Shown one piece after another: positions 16,836 to 27,700 of a DNA stretch of 64,000 nucleotides. Source of the DNA: Candidatus Pelagibacter sp. (lineage in GTDB: Bacteria; Pseudomonadota; Alphaproteobacteria; Pelagibacterales; Pelagibacteraceae); the NCBI RefSeq assembly GCF_052049815.1, contig NZ_JBNGZG010000002.1:798-64797 (forward strand), read 5' to 3'. The notes below the pieces were generated by a model. The model had not been told where the DNA came from. It worked only from the letters and a program-made list of their open reading frames with translations, and ran no database searches. Position 1 is the first letter of the stretch, and every line of letters begins with the position of its first letter. Made by a program: the position numbers and the translations under genes.

Positions 16836-18140
16836 ATGGAAGTGACTAACGATAATGCTTGTAGCTGGATTAAAGATCTTATTCCTAGACAAAATATTAA
16901 AATTTTAAGTGATAATTTATCAACTAATTGGCTTATCGTAGGAGCTGGTTTCACAGGTTTATCTGCTGCTAGAAAGTTGGGTGAAATATTTCCAAAGGAA
17001 AAAATTGTTATTGTTGATGCTCAATTAGCAGGAGAAGGAGCAAGTGGGAGAAACTCAGGTTATCTAGTTGATACAACTTTAAATGACGGTTTCACGTCTA
17101 ATAAAGAGTTAGAAAGTTATAAAAAAAAAGCAGACATATATGATTTAGGAATTAAAGCTGTCAAAAATTTTATCAAAGAATATCAAGTTGATTGTGATTG
17201 GAATGAGTGTGGAAAATTTTTTGCCTCTTCAAGAAAAGAAGATCAAACAATATTAAATAATTTTTCAAATACTTTAGAAAAACTAGGATATGAACATGAT
17301 ATTCTAAACAACGAACAATTAACTAATAGATTAGGGACAAATTTTTATAATGTAGGTTTGCATACCAAGGGTGGTATATTATTACATCCTGGAAAGCTTG
17401 TAAGAGCAATGGTTGATACATTGCCCAAAAATGTAGAATTATATGAAAACTCCTCATTGTTAGAATGGTTTAAAGAAAAAGATTTTATTAATTGCAAATT
17501 TAAAAATAGTACAATTAAAACAAAAAAAATAATTTTTGCGACCAATGGTTTTTTAAGATCATTAGGTATTAAAAAAAACTATAATTTTCCAATTACCCTT
17601 ACAGCAAGCATGACAAGACCATTAACTGATAATGAACATGAAAGTATAGGAAAGCCAAAAGAATGGGGTGTTCTTCCTGTTAGACCCATGGGTGCCACAA
17701 TTAGAATGACAAAAGATAGACGAATTTTAATTAGAAATACAGCAGAGATACACAATCCAATGAAAATGCTTCAATCAATTTTAAATCAAAGATATTTAAA
17801 ACAAAAACTAGGGATAAAAAAAAGATTTCCTCAACTTCCTGATGATATTATTCAATCTTCTTGGTCAGGTATAGTTTCAAGAACAAGAAATAGTTCGCAG
17901 ATATTTGAAAAAATAGATGATAATATTTTTGTGGGTGGTTGTTATAATGGCTCTGGAATAGGGGTTGGCACATTATTTGGAGAGCAGATCGCATTTAAAG
18001 CAATAGGGCAAAATACTAAAGAAATTCAATGTATTGAATTAAGAAATAAACCAACATGGTTACCACCTGAACCTTTTTTAAGCATAGGAATAAGATCAAG
18101 ATTATTCTATGAAAGATTGCGAGCTAGATCTGAAATATGA
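16836..18140 (+). CDS. FAD-dependent oxidoreductase (DAO/DadA-like family)
   Basis: IVGAGFTGLSAA, GASGRNSG, CYNGSGIGVGT. Confidence 0.88.
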   Translation: MEVTNDNACSWIKDLIPRQNIKILSDNLSTNWLIVGAGFTGLSAARKLGEIFPKEKIVIVDAQLAGEGASGRNSGYLVDTTLNDGFTSNKELESYKKKADIYDLGIKAVKNFIKEYQVDCDWNECGKFFASSRKEDQTILNNFSNTLEKLGYEHDILNNEQLTNRLGTNFYNVGLHTKGGILLHPGKLVRAMVDTLPKNVELYENSSLLEWFKEKDFINCKFKNSTIKTKKIIFATNGFLRSLGIKKNYNFPITLTASMTRPLTDNEHESIGKPKEWGVLPVRPMGATIRMTKDRRILIRNTAEIHNPMKMLQSILNQRYLKQKLGIKKRFPQLPDDIIQSSWSGIVSRTRNSSQIFEKIDDNIFVGGCYNGSGIGVGTLFGEQIAFKAIGQNTKEIQCIELRNKPTWLPPEPFLSIGIRSRLFYERLRARSEI

Positions 18141-18160
18141 TTTATAGTTAATTTTATTTT

Positions 18161-19441
18161 ATGGATATTAAAAAACAAATTACTGCGGCTGCTAATTTTT
18201 TACAAAAAAATGATTTAGATAGTGCCAAACTTATATATGAAAATATTTTAGAAAAAGATAATGATAATGCTGAAATTCATTATAATTTAGGATTAATTTA
18301 TAAAACTCAAAACGATCTAGAAAAAGCTGAAAATCATATTTCAAAATCAATTCTTATAAAGCCTAATTTTATTATTGCTCATTATCAACTAGGTAATACT
18401 AAATATAAATTAAAAAAGTTTAATGAATGCGAACTGTGCTATCAAAAAGCAATTTCACTAAACCCTAAATTTTTAGAAGCATATATAAATTTAGCTAGAA
18501 CACAAAGAGAATTACGAAATTTTAAAGATGCTGAAAATAATCTTAGAATTGCTTATAAATTAAATCCAGATTTTGTTGAAGTGAATGTTTTATTAGGTTT
18601 AATTTTATTTGATAGAGGAAGGTTTACAGATGATTTGAAATTTCAAGATATAGATAAATTAAATGAAGCTAAAAAGTTGTTATTAAAATCTATAAAATTA
18701 AATTCTCATTACAGTTTTGCACATCAAAATTTAGGATTAGTTCAACAAGAATTAGGTGATCTTAATAGTGCAAAAGATAGTTTTAAAAAAGCGCTAGAAT
18801 TAGATCCTAATTCTATTTATGCAAATCAAAATTTAAATATTGTACTAAATCAAATAAAACTAATTAAAGAGTTAGAGGTAAAAAATAGAAATATTTCTAA
18901 CTTCTTAAAAACTTTTAAAGAATTTCCAATAATTACCTACAAAAAACCAAATAAAGAAATTATTGATTTATTATATAAAATTAATTCAATTGACTTAAAC
19001 AAAACTAAAGGGGGACCTTTGTTTGGAAATGGCACTACATCTGATTATAATTTGTTTGAAAATAATAATAATAAACTTTTAGATGAATTAAAAATTGAAT
19101 TAATTGACATCGTCAAAAATTTAACTCAATCAAGGGTTTTTTTTATCGACTCTTTTTTTAATATTTTGGGTGCTGGTGGTGGTTCAGTTGCACACCATCA
19201 TCTAAATGGATTTGATAAAACTTTTAATTTAGAAAATCAAAAATATAGTCTTACATACTATCTCTCAGTAGGTGATCAAAATTGTGAAGAACCTGGAATT
19301 TTCAAAATGCATGAACCAAAAGAAGAAGTATTACCTTCAGAAGGTATGATTATGATCATACCATCAGCAAGAAAACACTCAGCAGTTTATAGCGGAAAAA
19401 CTGATAGAATAATGATTGGTGTTAACTTTTATATATATTAA
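18161..19441 (+). CDS. TPR-repeat protein with a C-terminal putative 2OG-Fe(II) oxygenase-like domain
   Basis: Several TPRs (AEIHYNLGLIY, AHYQLGN, AYINLAR, AHQNLGLV). The C-terminal HHH...LTYYL...IPS..KH...RI..NF pattern suggests a double-stranded beta-helix fold. Confidence 0.75.
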   Translation: MDIKKQITAAANFLQKNDLDSAKLIYENILEKDNDNAEIHYNLGLIYKTQNDLEKAENHISKSILIKPNFIIAHYQLGNTKYKLKKFNECELCYQKAISLNPKFLEAYINLARTQRELRNFKDAENNLRIAYKLNPDFVEVNVLLGLILFDRGRFTDDLKFQDIDKLNEAKKLLLKSIKLNSHYSFAHQNLGLVQQELGDLNSAKDSFKKALELDPNSIYANQNLNIVLNQIKLIKELEVKNRNISNFLKTFKEFPIITYKKPNKEIIDLLYKINSIDLNKTKGGPLFGNGTTSDYNLFENNNNKLLDELKIELIDIVKNLTQSRVFFIDSFFNILGAGGGSVAHHHLNGFDKTFNLENQKYSLTYYLSVGDQNCEEPGIFKMHEPKEEVLPSEGMIMIIPSARKHSAVYSGKTDRIMIGVNFYIY

Positions 19442-19460
19442 CGTAAATTTAACTTTTATG

Positions 19461-19536
19461 TGGTGCCCCCGCACGGATTCGAACCGCGGACCTATTGATT
19501 ACAAATCAATTGCTCTACCAACTGAGCTACAAGGGC
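19461..19536 (-). tRNA. tRNA-Thr (UGU)
   Basis: Reverse complement GCCCTTGTAGCTCAGTTGGTAGAGC...ATTGA TT TGT AA TCAAT...GGTTCGAATCC...GGGGCACCA; 76 nt with CCA. Confidence 0.97.
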
Positions 19537-19564
19537 ATAGGCGCAATATTAACTATTTTCTAAA

Positions 19565-20311
19565 TTAATCAAGATTTTTTTTCAAATAACTTAAATGATG
19601 AAAGACTATTGCTGCACTATTTGATATATTTAAGCTTTCAATTTGTTCACTCATCTTAATCTTTACATGAAAATCAGCATATTTAGATGTATGTTTATGC
19701 ATTCCTTCACCCTCAGAACCAAAAACTAAAATATTATTTCCTTCCCATCTCACTTCTGAAAAATTTTTCTTAGCTTCACTATCAAATCCAAAAATCCAAA
19801 AATTTTTATCTTTTAAATTTTTTAAAGTTGAATTTATGTTGGATACCTCAAAAATGTTTAGATATTCAATACAACCACTTGCTGCTTTAAACATTAGTTT
19901 ACTTTCACCTGGAAAATGTCTTTCTTTAACTATAAGTCCATCTATTTTAAATGCAGCAGCACTTCTTATAATTGATCCAATATTTCTTGGATCAGTTACT
20001 CCGTCCAAACAAGCTAGCGTAATATTTTGTTTGTTTTTAATATATTCTTTTAAAATAGGCTGTTCTAATTTTTCAATTTCAGCTACATAACCTTGATGCT
20101 GAATGTTTTCTTTTGTTGAATATTTGTCTAGTTCTTTTTTAGTTTTAAAATAAACCTTAACATCTTCTAACAGGTTTTTTCTTGGACTTTTTCTGTGTAT
20201 GTTTTTCTTACTTTCTTCTGTTAAAAACAGTTTTAACACCTTTCTTTTTGGATTTTTTAAAGCTTCAATAACCGCGTGCTGTCCAACAATAAAAAAAGTT
20301 GATTTATTCAT
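19565..20311 (-). CDS. rlmB: 23S rRNA (Gm2251) 2'-O-methyltransferase, SPOUT family
   Basis: GQHAVIEAL, HQG, LDGVTDPRNIGSIIRSA, GSEGEG, ESLNIS. Confidence 0.9.
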   Translation of the reverse strand: MNKSTFFIVGQHAVIEALKNPKRKVLKLFLTEESKKNIHRKSPRKNLLEDVKVYFKTKKELDKYSTKENIQHQGYVAEIEKLEQPILKEYIKNKQNITLACLDGVTDPRNIGSIIRSAAAFKIDGLIVKERHFPGESKLMFKAASGCIEYLNIFEVSNINSTLKNLKDKNFWIFGFDSEAKKNFSEVRWEGNNILVFGSEGEGMHKHTSKYADFHVKIKMSEQIESLNISNSAAIVFHHLSYLKKNLD

Positions 20312-20364
20312 ATTTTATAAGGTTTTTTAGCGTTTTTTGATTATATTAAATATCAAATCTCGTG

Positions 20365-20392
20365 TTGCAATTATACAAATAAAATATATAAA
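20365..20392 (+). promoter_or_regulatory. sigma70-type promoter for the tRNA-tuf cluster
   Basis: TTGCAA (20365-20370), 16 nt, TATAAA (20387-20392). Confidence 0.5.
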
Positions 20393-20443
20393 ACGCCTGT
20401 TATTTGAAGCTTGTTGAACAAGGGGACACTTCCCCAAATTAAA

Positions 20444-20529
20444 GGAGGGGTTCCAGAGCGGTCAAATGGGGCGGGCTGTAAACCCGTTGACTTCGGTCTT
20501 CGAAAGTTCGAATCTTTCCCCCTCCACCA
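20444..20529 (+). tRNA. tRNA-Tyr (GUA)
   Basis: GGAGGGG acceptor stem, GCGGG CT GTA AA CCCGT anticodon arm, long variable arm, GTTCGAAT, CCA end. Confidence 0.97.
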
Positions 20530-20574
20530 TTCAATCATTTTTTAAATAACATGGAGTGTTACTCTTGGGGTTGT

Positions 20575-20648
20575 GCGGGTGTAGTTCAATGGTAGAACGC
20601 TAGCCTTCCAAGCTGGATGTAAGGGTTCGATTCCCTTTACCCGCTCCA
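20575..20648 (+). tRNA. tRNA-Gly (UCC)
   Basis: GCGGGTGTAGTTCAATGGTAGAAC...CT TCC AA...GGTTCGATTCC...CCCGCTCCA; 74 nt. Confidence 0.97.
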
Positions 20649-20693
20649 AGAAATGAAAATTATAAAAAAAAAATAAACTGAGGTAATAAAGTA

Positions 20694-21884
20694 ATGTCAA
20701 AGGAAAAGTTTGTAAGAAATAAACCCCACTGTAATATTGGTACTATTGGACATGTCGACCATGGTAAAACAACTTTAACAGCTGCGATCACAAAAGTTTT
20801 AGCAGAACAGGGTGGAGCAAAATCAGTTGCTTATGATGAAATCGATAAAGCACCTGAGGAAAAAGAAAGAGGAATTACAATTTCAACTGCTCACGTTGAA
20901 TATGAAACAGAAAAAAGACACTATGCACACGTAGACTGTCCAGGTCACGCCGATTATGTAAAGAACATGATTACTGGTGCTGCGCAAATGGATGGAGCAA
21001 TTTTAGTAGTTAACGCTGCAGATGGACCAATGCCTCAAACTAGAGAGCACATTCTATTAGCAAGACAAGTTGGTGTACCTGCAATTTGTGTTTACCTAAA
21101 TAAAGTTGATCAAGTTGATGATAAAGAAATGATTGAACTTGTTGAGGAAGAAATTAAAGAATTATTAACATCATACAAATTTCCAGGTGACAAAACTCCA
21201 ATTGCTAAAGGTTCAGCGCTTGCAGCAGTTGAAGGAAGAGACGATGAAATTGGAAAAAATTCAATTTTAGAATTGATGAAAAATGTTGATGAATTTATTC
21301 CACAACCTGACAGACCAAAAGATAAAGACTTTTTGATGCCGGTTGAAGATGTATTCTCAATTTCAGGAAGAGGAACAGTTGTAACAGGAAGAGTTGAGTC
21401 TGGTGTAATTAAAACTGGTGAAGAAATTGAGATAGTTGGAATAAGAGATACTAGAAAATCAGTTTGTACTGGAGTAGAAATGTTTAGAAAACTTTTAGAC
21501 TCAGGTGAAGCTGGAGATAACATTGGAGTATTATTAAGAGGTGTTGAAAGAACAGACGTTGAAAGAGGTCAAGTACTTTGTAAACCAGGATCAATTACTC
21601 CACATACTAAATTTGAAGCTCAGGCTTATGTACTTAAAAAAGAGGAGGGTGGAAGACACACTCCTTTCTTCACTAAGTACAGACCACAGTTTTATTTTAG
21701 AACTACTGACGTAACAGGTGAAGTAGAATTACCAGCTGGTACAGAAATGGTTATGCCTGGTGACGATGCTAAGTTCACAGTTAAATTGATTACACCAATT
21801 GCTATGGCTGAAAAACTAAACTTTGCAATTAGAGAAGGTGGAAGAACTGTTGGAGCTGGTGTAGTAACAAAAATTATAGAGTAA
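20694..21884 (+). CDS. tuf: Elongation factor Tu
   Basis: [35 protein letters not shown]. Confidence 0.99.
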   Translation: MSKEKFVRNKPHCNIGTIGHVDHGKTTLTAAITKVLAEQGGAKSVAYDEIDKAPEEKERGITISTAHVEYETEKRHYAHVDCPGHADYVKNMITGAAQMDGAILVVNAADGPMPQTREHILLARQVGVPAICVYLNKVDQVDDKEMIELVEEEIKELLTSYKFPGDKTPIAKGSALAAVEGRDDEIGKNSILELMKNVDEFIPQPDRPKDKDFLMPVEDVFSISGRGTVVTGRVESGVIKTGEEIEIVGIRDTRKSVCTGVEMFRKLLDSGEAGDNIGVLLRGVERTDVERGQVLCKPGSITPHTKFEAQAYVLKKEEGGRHTPFFTKYRPQFYFRTTDVTGEVELPAGTEMVMPGDDAKFTVKLITPIAMAEKLNFAIREGGRTVGAGVVTKIIE

Positions 21885-21895
21885 GCTCTATAAAT

Positions 21896-21971
21896 AGGAG
21901 TGTAGCTCAATTGGTAGAGCGCCGGTCTCCAAAACCGGAGGCTGAGGGTTCGAGTCCCTCCGCTCCTGCCA
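21896..21971 (+). tRNA. tRNA-Trp (CCA)
   Basis: AGGAGTGTAGCTCAATTGGTAGAGC CCGGT CT CCA AA ACCGG...GTTCGAGTCC...CTCCTGCCA; lies between tuf and secE. Confidence 0.97.
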
Positions 21972-21989
21972 ATTAGAGCAGATTAAAAA

Positions 21990-22181
21990 ATGAAGAACCC
22001 AATTAAATTTTTACAGGAAGTCAAACAGGAAGCGTTCAAAGTATCTTGGCCTACTGGAAAAGAAACAGTTCAAGGTGCACTCATGGTGTTTGCAATGGCT
22101 GTTATAATGTCTTTGTTTTTTTTACTAATTGATCAAGTTCTTAAATTTTTCCTAGAATTGTTACTGAAAGTGAGCATTTAA
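21990..22181 (+). CDS. secE: Preprotein translocase subunit SecE
   Basis: FLQEVKQEAFKVSWPT plus one TM helix; synteny. Confidence 0.95.
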   Translation: MKNPIKFLQEVKQEAFKVSWPTGKETVQGALMVFAMAVIMSLFFLLIDQVLKFFLELLLKVSI

Positions 22182-22711
22182 TGAAAAATTGGTACATTGT
22201 TCAATCACACTCTAGTTTCGAAAATAAAGTTGCAGGTTTAATTAAAGAGGAAGCTGAAAAAGCTAAAATCTCTGATAAGTTTGATGAAATTGTTGTTCCT
22301 ACTCATGATGTAACAGAAGTTAAAAGAGGAAAAAGAATACAAAGGAAAAAGAAGTATTTTCCTGGTTATGTTCTAATAAAGAGTGAGATGGATAACAGTA
22401 TTTATCATATGATAAAAAATATAAAGAGAGTAAGTGGTTTTTTAGGCTCAAAAGGGATGCCAGTGCCAGTTTCTGACAAAGAAATTGAGAAGATTTTAGG
22501 TCAAATAAAAGATGGTGTAGCACAGCCAAAATCTGGTATAGAGTACAGTGTTGGTGAAAAAGTTCAGGTAGTGGATGGACCATTTGCTTCATTTAGTGGA
22601 ATGGTTGAAGAAATTGATGAAGAAAAGTCTAGACTTAAGGTCTCTGTTTCTATATTTGGTCGTCCTACACCGGTTGATTTAGAATATAACCAAGTGGAAA
22701 AGGTAAGTTAA
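22181..22711 (+). CDS. nusG: Transcription factor NusG
   Basis: WYIVQ, FPGYVL, KOW motif [17 protein letters not shown]. Confidence 0.98.
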   Translation: MKNWYIVQSHSSFENKVAGLIKEEAEKAKISDKFDEIVVPTHDVTEVKRGKRIQRKKKYFPGYVLIKSEMDNSIYHMIKNIKRVSGFLGSKGMPVPVSDKEIEKILGQIKDGVAQPKSGIEYSVGEKVQVVDGPFASFSGMVEEIDEEKSRLKVSVSIFGRPTPVDLEYNQVEKVS

Positions 22712-23136
22712 TGGCAAAAGAAATTAGTGGATTTATAAAATTACAAATTAAAGGTGGTCAAGCAAATCCAGCTCCTCCTGTTGGTCCAGCGTTAGGTCAG
22801 CGTGGTGTTAACATTATGGAGTTTTGCAAAGCATTCAATGACAAAACAAAATCTATGGCAGGTAAACCTATTCCTGTTGAGATTACAGTTTATAAAGATA
22901 AAAAATTTGATTTTAAAATTAAATCACCTCCTGCTTCCTTTTTTATAAAAGAAGCTGCTAAGCTTAAGGGTGGTTCTAAAGAACCAGGTAGAAACATAGT
23001 TGCTTCCATAACAAAAAAACAAGCCGAAGATATTGCTAAACAGAAAATGAATGATTTAAACGCAATTGATTTGGAAGAAGCTGTTAAAATTATTGCTGGT
23101 TCAGCAAGATCAATGGGAATTGAGGTTAAAGAGTAA
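22711..23136 (+). CDS. rplK: 50S ribosomal protein L11
   Basis: [28 protein letters not shown]. Confidence 0.99.
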   Translation: MAKEISGFIKLQIKGGQANPAPPVGPALGQRGVNIMEFCKAFNDKTKSMAGKPIPVEITVYKDKKFDFKIKSPPASFFIKEAAKLKGGSKEPGRNIVASITKKQAEDIAKQKMNDLNAIDLEEAVKIIAGSARSMGIEVKE

Positions 23137-23825
23137 TGCCATCTAAAAGATATAAAAAATTACCAGACAATACTTATGAGCTAAACGCAGACTTAATAGA
23201 GAAGTTGTTACCTGAGGTTAAAAAAAATTGTACTACAAAATTTGATGAGTCAGTTGATCTAAGTTTTCAAATAAACAATAAACAGAAAAAAAGTGAAGTA
23301 AATATTAGAACAGTAGTAAATTTACCAGGTGGAACAGGTAAAGATGTAAAAGTCGCAGTCGTTTGTGAAGATGCGAAATCGAAAGATGCAAAAGAAGCTG
23401 GTGCTGATATCGTTGGTGGTGATGAATTTATAGACAAGATTAAGGCTGGTGAAATAAATTTTGAAAAATTAATTTGCACTCCAGCAATGATGATAAAATT
23501 ATCAAAACTTGGAAAAGTTTTAGGACCAAAAGGTTTGATGCCTAATCCTAAGTTAGGTTCAGTAACTGAAGATTTAAAAACTGCCATTAAAGATGCAAAA
23601 TCTGGTCAAGTTGAAATAAGAAATGACAAAGATGGTAACATAGGAGTTAGCATTGGAAAAAGATCATTTGAAGACGACAAATTAATCAAAAATTATAATG
23701 CTATTTTAGAAGCTTTAGAAAAAGAAAAATCTAATAACACTTTAAAAGGTGATTTAATAAAATCAGCTTTTATAACATCTTCAATGGGTGTTTCTTACAA
23801 ATTAAAATTAAATAAGGTAATATAA
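23136..23825 (+). CDS. rplA: 50S ribosomal protein L1
   Basis: KFDESVDL, LGPKGLMPNPKLG, SSMG. Confidence 0.98.
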   Translation: MPSKRYKKLPDNTYELNADLIEKLLPEVKKNCTTKFDESVDLSFQINNKQKKSEVNIRTVVNLPGGTGKDVKVAVVCEDAKSKDAKEAGADIVGGDEFIDKIKAGEINFEKLICTPAMMIKLSKLGKVLGPKGLMPNPKLGSVTEDLKTAIKDAKSGQVEIRNDKDGNIGVSIGKRSFEDDKLIKNYNAILEALEKEKSNNTLKGDLIKSAFITSSMGVSYKLKLNKVI

Positions 23826-23829
23826 GACT

Positions 23830-24339
23830 ATGATGACCAAAGAACAAAAGAAAGTTTATATCGATGAAATGTCGAAACAGTTTGAAAATAGTAAAGCTGT
23901 GATGGTTACTCATTATCAAGGATTAACAATGCCCCAAATAGATGAACTAAGATCTAAGATGAGAGAACATGGAATAATTTTTAAAATTACAAAAAATAGA
24001 ATCACAAAATTAGCGCTTGAAAAAACAAGATGTAAAGATTTAGCTGGTTTATTTACTGGCCCAACAGCAGTTGCATTTGGTGAGGATGCAATAATTTCAG
24101 CAAGAATTTTATCAAAATTTGCAAAAGATAATGAGAATCTGAAGTTAATAGGTGGAATAATGGAAAATGAGTTTTTGGATCAAGCGGGCGTCCAAAACGT
24201 TGCTACTTTACCTACTTTAGACGAAGCAAGAGCAAATATTGTGGGTATTTTGAATGCTCCGGCATCAAAATTAGTGAGTATTTTACTTGCAAGATCAGAA
24301 AAAATGAGTAGTTTGTCCGCAGAAAATTCTGAAAAATAA
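23830..24339 (+). CDS. rplJ: 50S ribosomal protein L10
   Basis: YQGLT, LRSKMRE, KNRITKLA, GPTAVAF, LPTLDEAR. Confidence 0.97.
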   Translation: MMTKEQKKVYIDEMSKQFENSKAVMVTHYQGLTMPQIDELRSKMREHGIIFKITKNRITKLALEKTRCKDLAGLFTGPTAVAFGEDAIISARILSKFAKDNENLKLIGGIMENEFLDQAGVQNVATLPTLDEARANIVGILNAPASKLVSILLARSEKMSSLSAENSEK

Positions 24340-24353
24340 CCAAAGAGTAAACT

Positions 24354-24719
24354 ATGCCAGACCTGAACAAAATTATTGAAGATCTATCAAACTTGACTGT
24401 TGCTGAGGCAGCTGAGTTATCAAAACAACTTGAGGAAAAATGGGGCGTAACACCTATGGCAGCAGCTGCACCAGCAGCAGCCGGAGGAGCAGCTCCAGCT
24501 GAGGATAAAGATGATTTTACAATCATGTTAGTTTCAGCAGGTGATAAGAAAATTAATGTTATTAAAGAAGTTAGAGCAGCAACTTCTCTAGGATTAAAAG
24601 AAGCTAAAGACTTAGTTGAAGGTGCACCAAAAGAAGTTAAGTCTGGTGTTCCAAAAAAAGAAGCTGAAGAAATTAAAGCTAAGTTAGAAGCAGCAGGCGC
24701 TAAAGTAGAACTTAAGTAA
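24354..24719 (+). CDS. rplL: 50S ribosomal protein L7/L12
   Basis: Ala-rich hinge, [27 protein letters not shown]. Confidence 0.99.
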   Translation: MPDLNKIIEDLSNLTVAEAAELSKQLEEKWGVTPMAAAAPAAAGGAAPAEDKDDFTIMLVSAGDKKINVIKEVRAATSLGLKEAKDLVEGAPKEVKSGVPKKEAEEIKAKLEAAGAKVELK

Positions 24720-24738
24720 ATTAACAAGGAATTATTTA

Positions 24739-24764
24739 GGTGCTGTTTATTTATAATCAGCATC
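24739..24764 (+). promoter_or_regulatory. Stem-loop between rplL and rpoB
   Basis: GGTGCTG-N12-CAGCATC (7-bp stem with one G.U pair); no U-tract follows. Confidence 0.35.
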
Positions 24765-24775
24765 ATTGGATATAA

Positions 24776-27700
24776 ATGCAATTATCTTTTACTGAAAAAA
24801 AAAATATTAGAAAAAGTTTTGGAAAATTAAAAGAGGGTTTATCAATTCCCAATCTAATCGAGGTCCAAAAGAACTCTTACAAAGAACTAACTGACTTTAA
24901 AGAAGATGTAGGTGATTTAACAAAAGGTTTTGATAGAGTATTCAAAAGTATATTTCCAATTGAAGATTTAAACGACAAAGCAACTTTAGAATATGTTTCA
25001 TATAGATTAGAGAAACCAAAATTTGATGTTGAAGAATGTATAGCTAGAGGTCTAACATATTCATCAGCTTTAAAATGTACTCTTAGACTTGTGGTTTATG
25101 AGATAGACCAAGAAAATAATACTAAAGACATATTATCAGCAAAAGAACAAGAAGTTTATATGGGTGATGTTCCAATGATGACTAATAGCGGAACATTTAT
25201 TACAAATGGAGTTCAAAGAGTTGTAGTTAACCAAATGCATAGAAGTCCTGGTGTATTTTTTGATCATGACAAAGGAAAAACTCATGCAAGTGGTAAATTA
25301 CTATTTAACTGTAGAGTTATTCCGAATAGAGGTTCATGGTTAGACTTTGAGTTTGATGTAAAAGATTTCTTATACTTTAAGATAGACAGAAAAAAGAAAA
25401 TTTTAGCTTCAACATTATTACTAGCTCTTGGTTATACAAAATCAGAAATTGCAAATGAGTTTTATGAAAGTGAAAATTATGTTTATGACTCAAAATCATC
25501 TAAATGGAAAACTAAGTTTAATCCAGAAAATTATAAAGCTAAAAACTTTTCTGAAGAGGTAATCGATGCAAAAACTGGCAAGGTGGTTATTAAACCTGGT
25601 GATAAAATTAATTTTTTAAATGCAAAAAAATTAGCGAACGAAGGTTTAAAAGACATATTAGTATCTAAAGAATCTTTGTATGGAAAATTCTTACATACTG
25701 ATATCAAAGTTAGTGATGAAGAAGAGGGTACTTTTAAAATTGGTACTGAACTTAACGATACTATTATCGAAAAAATTTTAGAAGCCAATATTCATACAAT
25801 CAAAATATCCACAACTAATGCGATCAATAAAGGTCCTTATTTATTAACAACAATCTTAAATGATAAAAATAATACTAAAGATGAAGCTATTACTGAAATC
25901 TACAAAATGTTAAGACCAGGTGAACCACCTACAATAGAAATAGCTACTCAAATTTTTAACAATCTATTCTTTAGTTCAGATAGATATGATTTATCTGATG
26001 TTGGAAGAGTGAAGATGAATTCAAGACTAAACTTAGATTGTTCTGATAAAATAACTATTTTAAGAAACGACGATATCATTTCGATAATTCATAAAATGCT
26101 AGATTTAAGAGATGGCAAAGATGATGTTGATGATATTGATCATTTAGGTAATAGAAGAGTCAGATCTGTAGGTGAATTAGTTGAAAATCAAGCTAGGATT
26201 GGTGTTTACAGAATGGAGAGGGCTATTAAAGAAAAAATGACTACTCTCGATGTCGAGTCTGCAATGCCTCAGGACTTGATAAACGCTAAGCCGTTAACTG
26301 TTTCATTAAAAGATTTCTTTGCAAGTTCTCAATTATCTCAGTTCATGGATCAAACCAATCCATTGTCAGAGATTACTCATAAAAGAAGAGTTTCTGCTTT
26401 AGGACCAGGTGGTCTTACAAGAGAAAGAGCTGGTTTTGAAGTTAGAGACGTTCACCCAACTCACTATGGAAGAATTTGTCCAATCGAAACACCAGAGGGA
26501 CCAAACATTGGTTTGATTAACAGTTTATCTACTTATGCTAAGATTAATAAGTATGGTTTCATTGAAAGTCCTTACAAAAGAGTAAAAGATGGTGTGGTGC
26601 AAGATAAAGTGGAATACTTGTCTGCAATGGAAGAAACTAAATATACAATCGCTCAAGCAAACACAAAATTAGATAAAAATGGAAAAATCGTTGAAGAACT
26701 TGTGTCTTGCAGACAAAACTTAAACTTTCTGTTAGCTAAACCAGACACTATAGATTACATCGACGTCTCACCTAAGCAACTAGTTTCAGTTGCAGCTTCA
26801 TTAATTCCATTTTTAGAAAATGATGATGCTAACAGAGCTCTTATGGGTTCTAACATGATGAGACAAGCAGTGCCTTTATTAAAACCAGAGTCACCTTTAG
26901 TTGGGACAGGTATTGAAAGTGATGTTGCATTAGATTCAGGTGTAACTATTGTGGCTAAAAGAGACGGAATTGTAGACAAAATTGATGGTAAAAGAATTGT
27001 AATTAAAGCAACAGAGGAAACTGATTTTAGTAAATCTGGTGTAGATATTTATAATCTTCAAAAATTTAAAAGATCAAATCAAAACACATGTATTAATCAG
27101 AGACCATTAGTTAGAGTTGGAGATAAAGTTAAATCAGGAGATATTATTGCAGACGGTCCATCAACTAGATTAGGTGAACTAGCTCTTGGTAAGAATGTAA
27201 CAGTAGCTTTCATGCCATGGCAAGGTTACAATTTTGAAGACTCTATTTTAATTTCAGAAAGATGTGTAACAGACGACGTATTCACTTCAGTTCATATTGT
27301 TGAATATGAAATCATGGCAAGAGACACAAAGCTTGGTGAAGAAGAAATCACAAGAGATATTCCAAATGTAAATGAAGATGCGCTTAAAAATTTAGATGAA
27401 TCAGGAATAGTTTATATTGGTGCTGAAGTTAATGCTGGAGATATTTTAGTTGGAAAAGTTACTCCTAAAGGAGATTCAGCATCTGGTCCTGAGGAGAAAT
27501 TACTAAGATCAATTTTTGGTGAAAAAGCAATCGATGTAACTGACACTTCTTTAAGAATGTCTAGAGGAAGCAGTGGTACAGTTGTTGATGTAAGAGTATT
27601 CAATAGACATGGTATTGAAAAAGATGAGAGATCTATAACTATTGAAAGAGCAGAAATCGAACAAGTGCAACAAGATAAAATTGTTGAGGAAGAGATTTTA

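Noticed and set aside
7025-19536. Sulfur block as a mobile island integrated at tRNA-Thr
   Set aside because: No integrase, transposase or duplicated tRNA 3' end was found; the genes look native in composition by eye.
20422-20566. Mini-hairpins GGGGACACTTCCCC and GAGTGTTACTC flanking tRNA-Tyr
   Set aside because: Only 4-bp stems; most simply precursor-tRNA spacer structure, with no evidence for a separate RNA.
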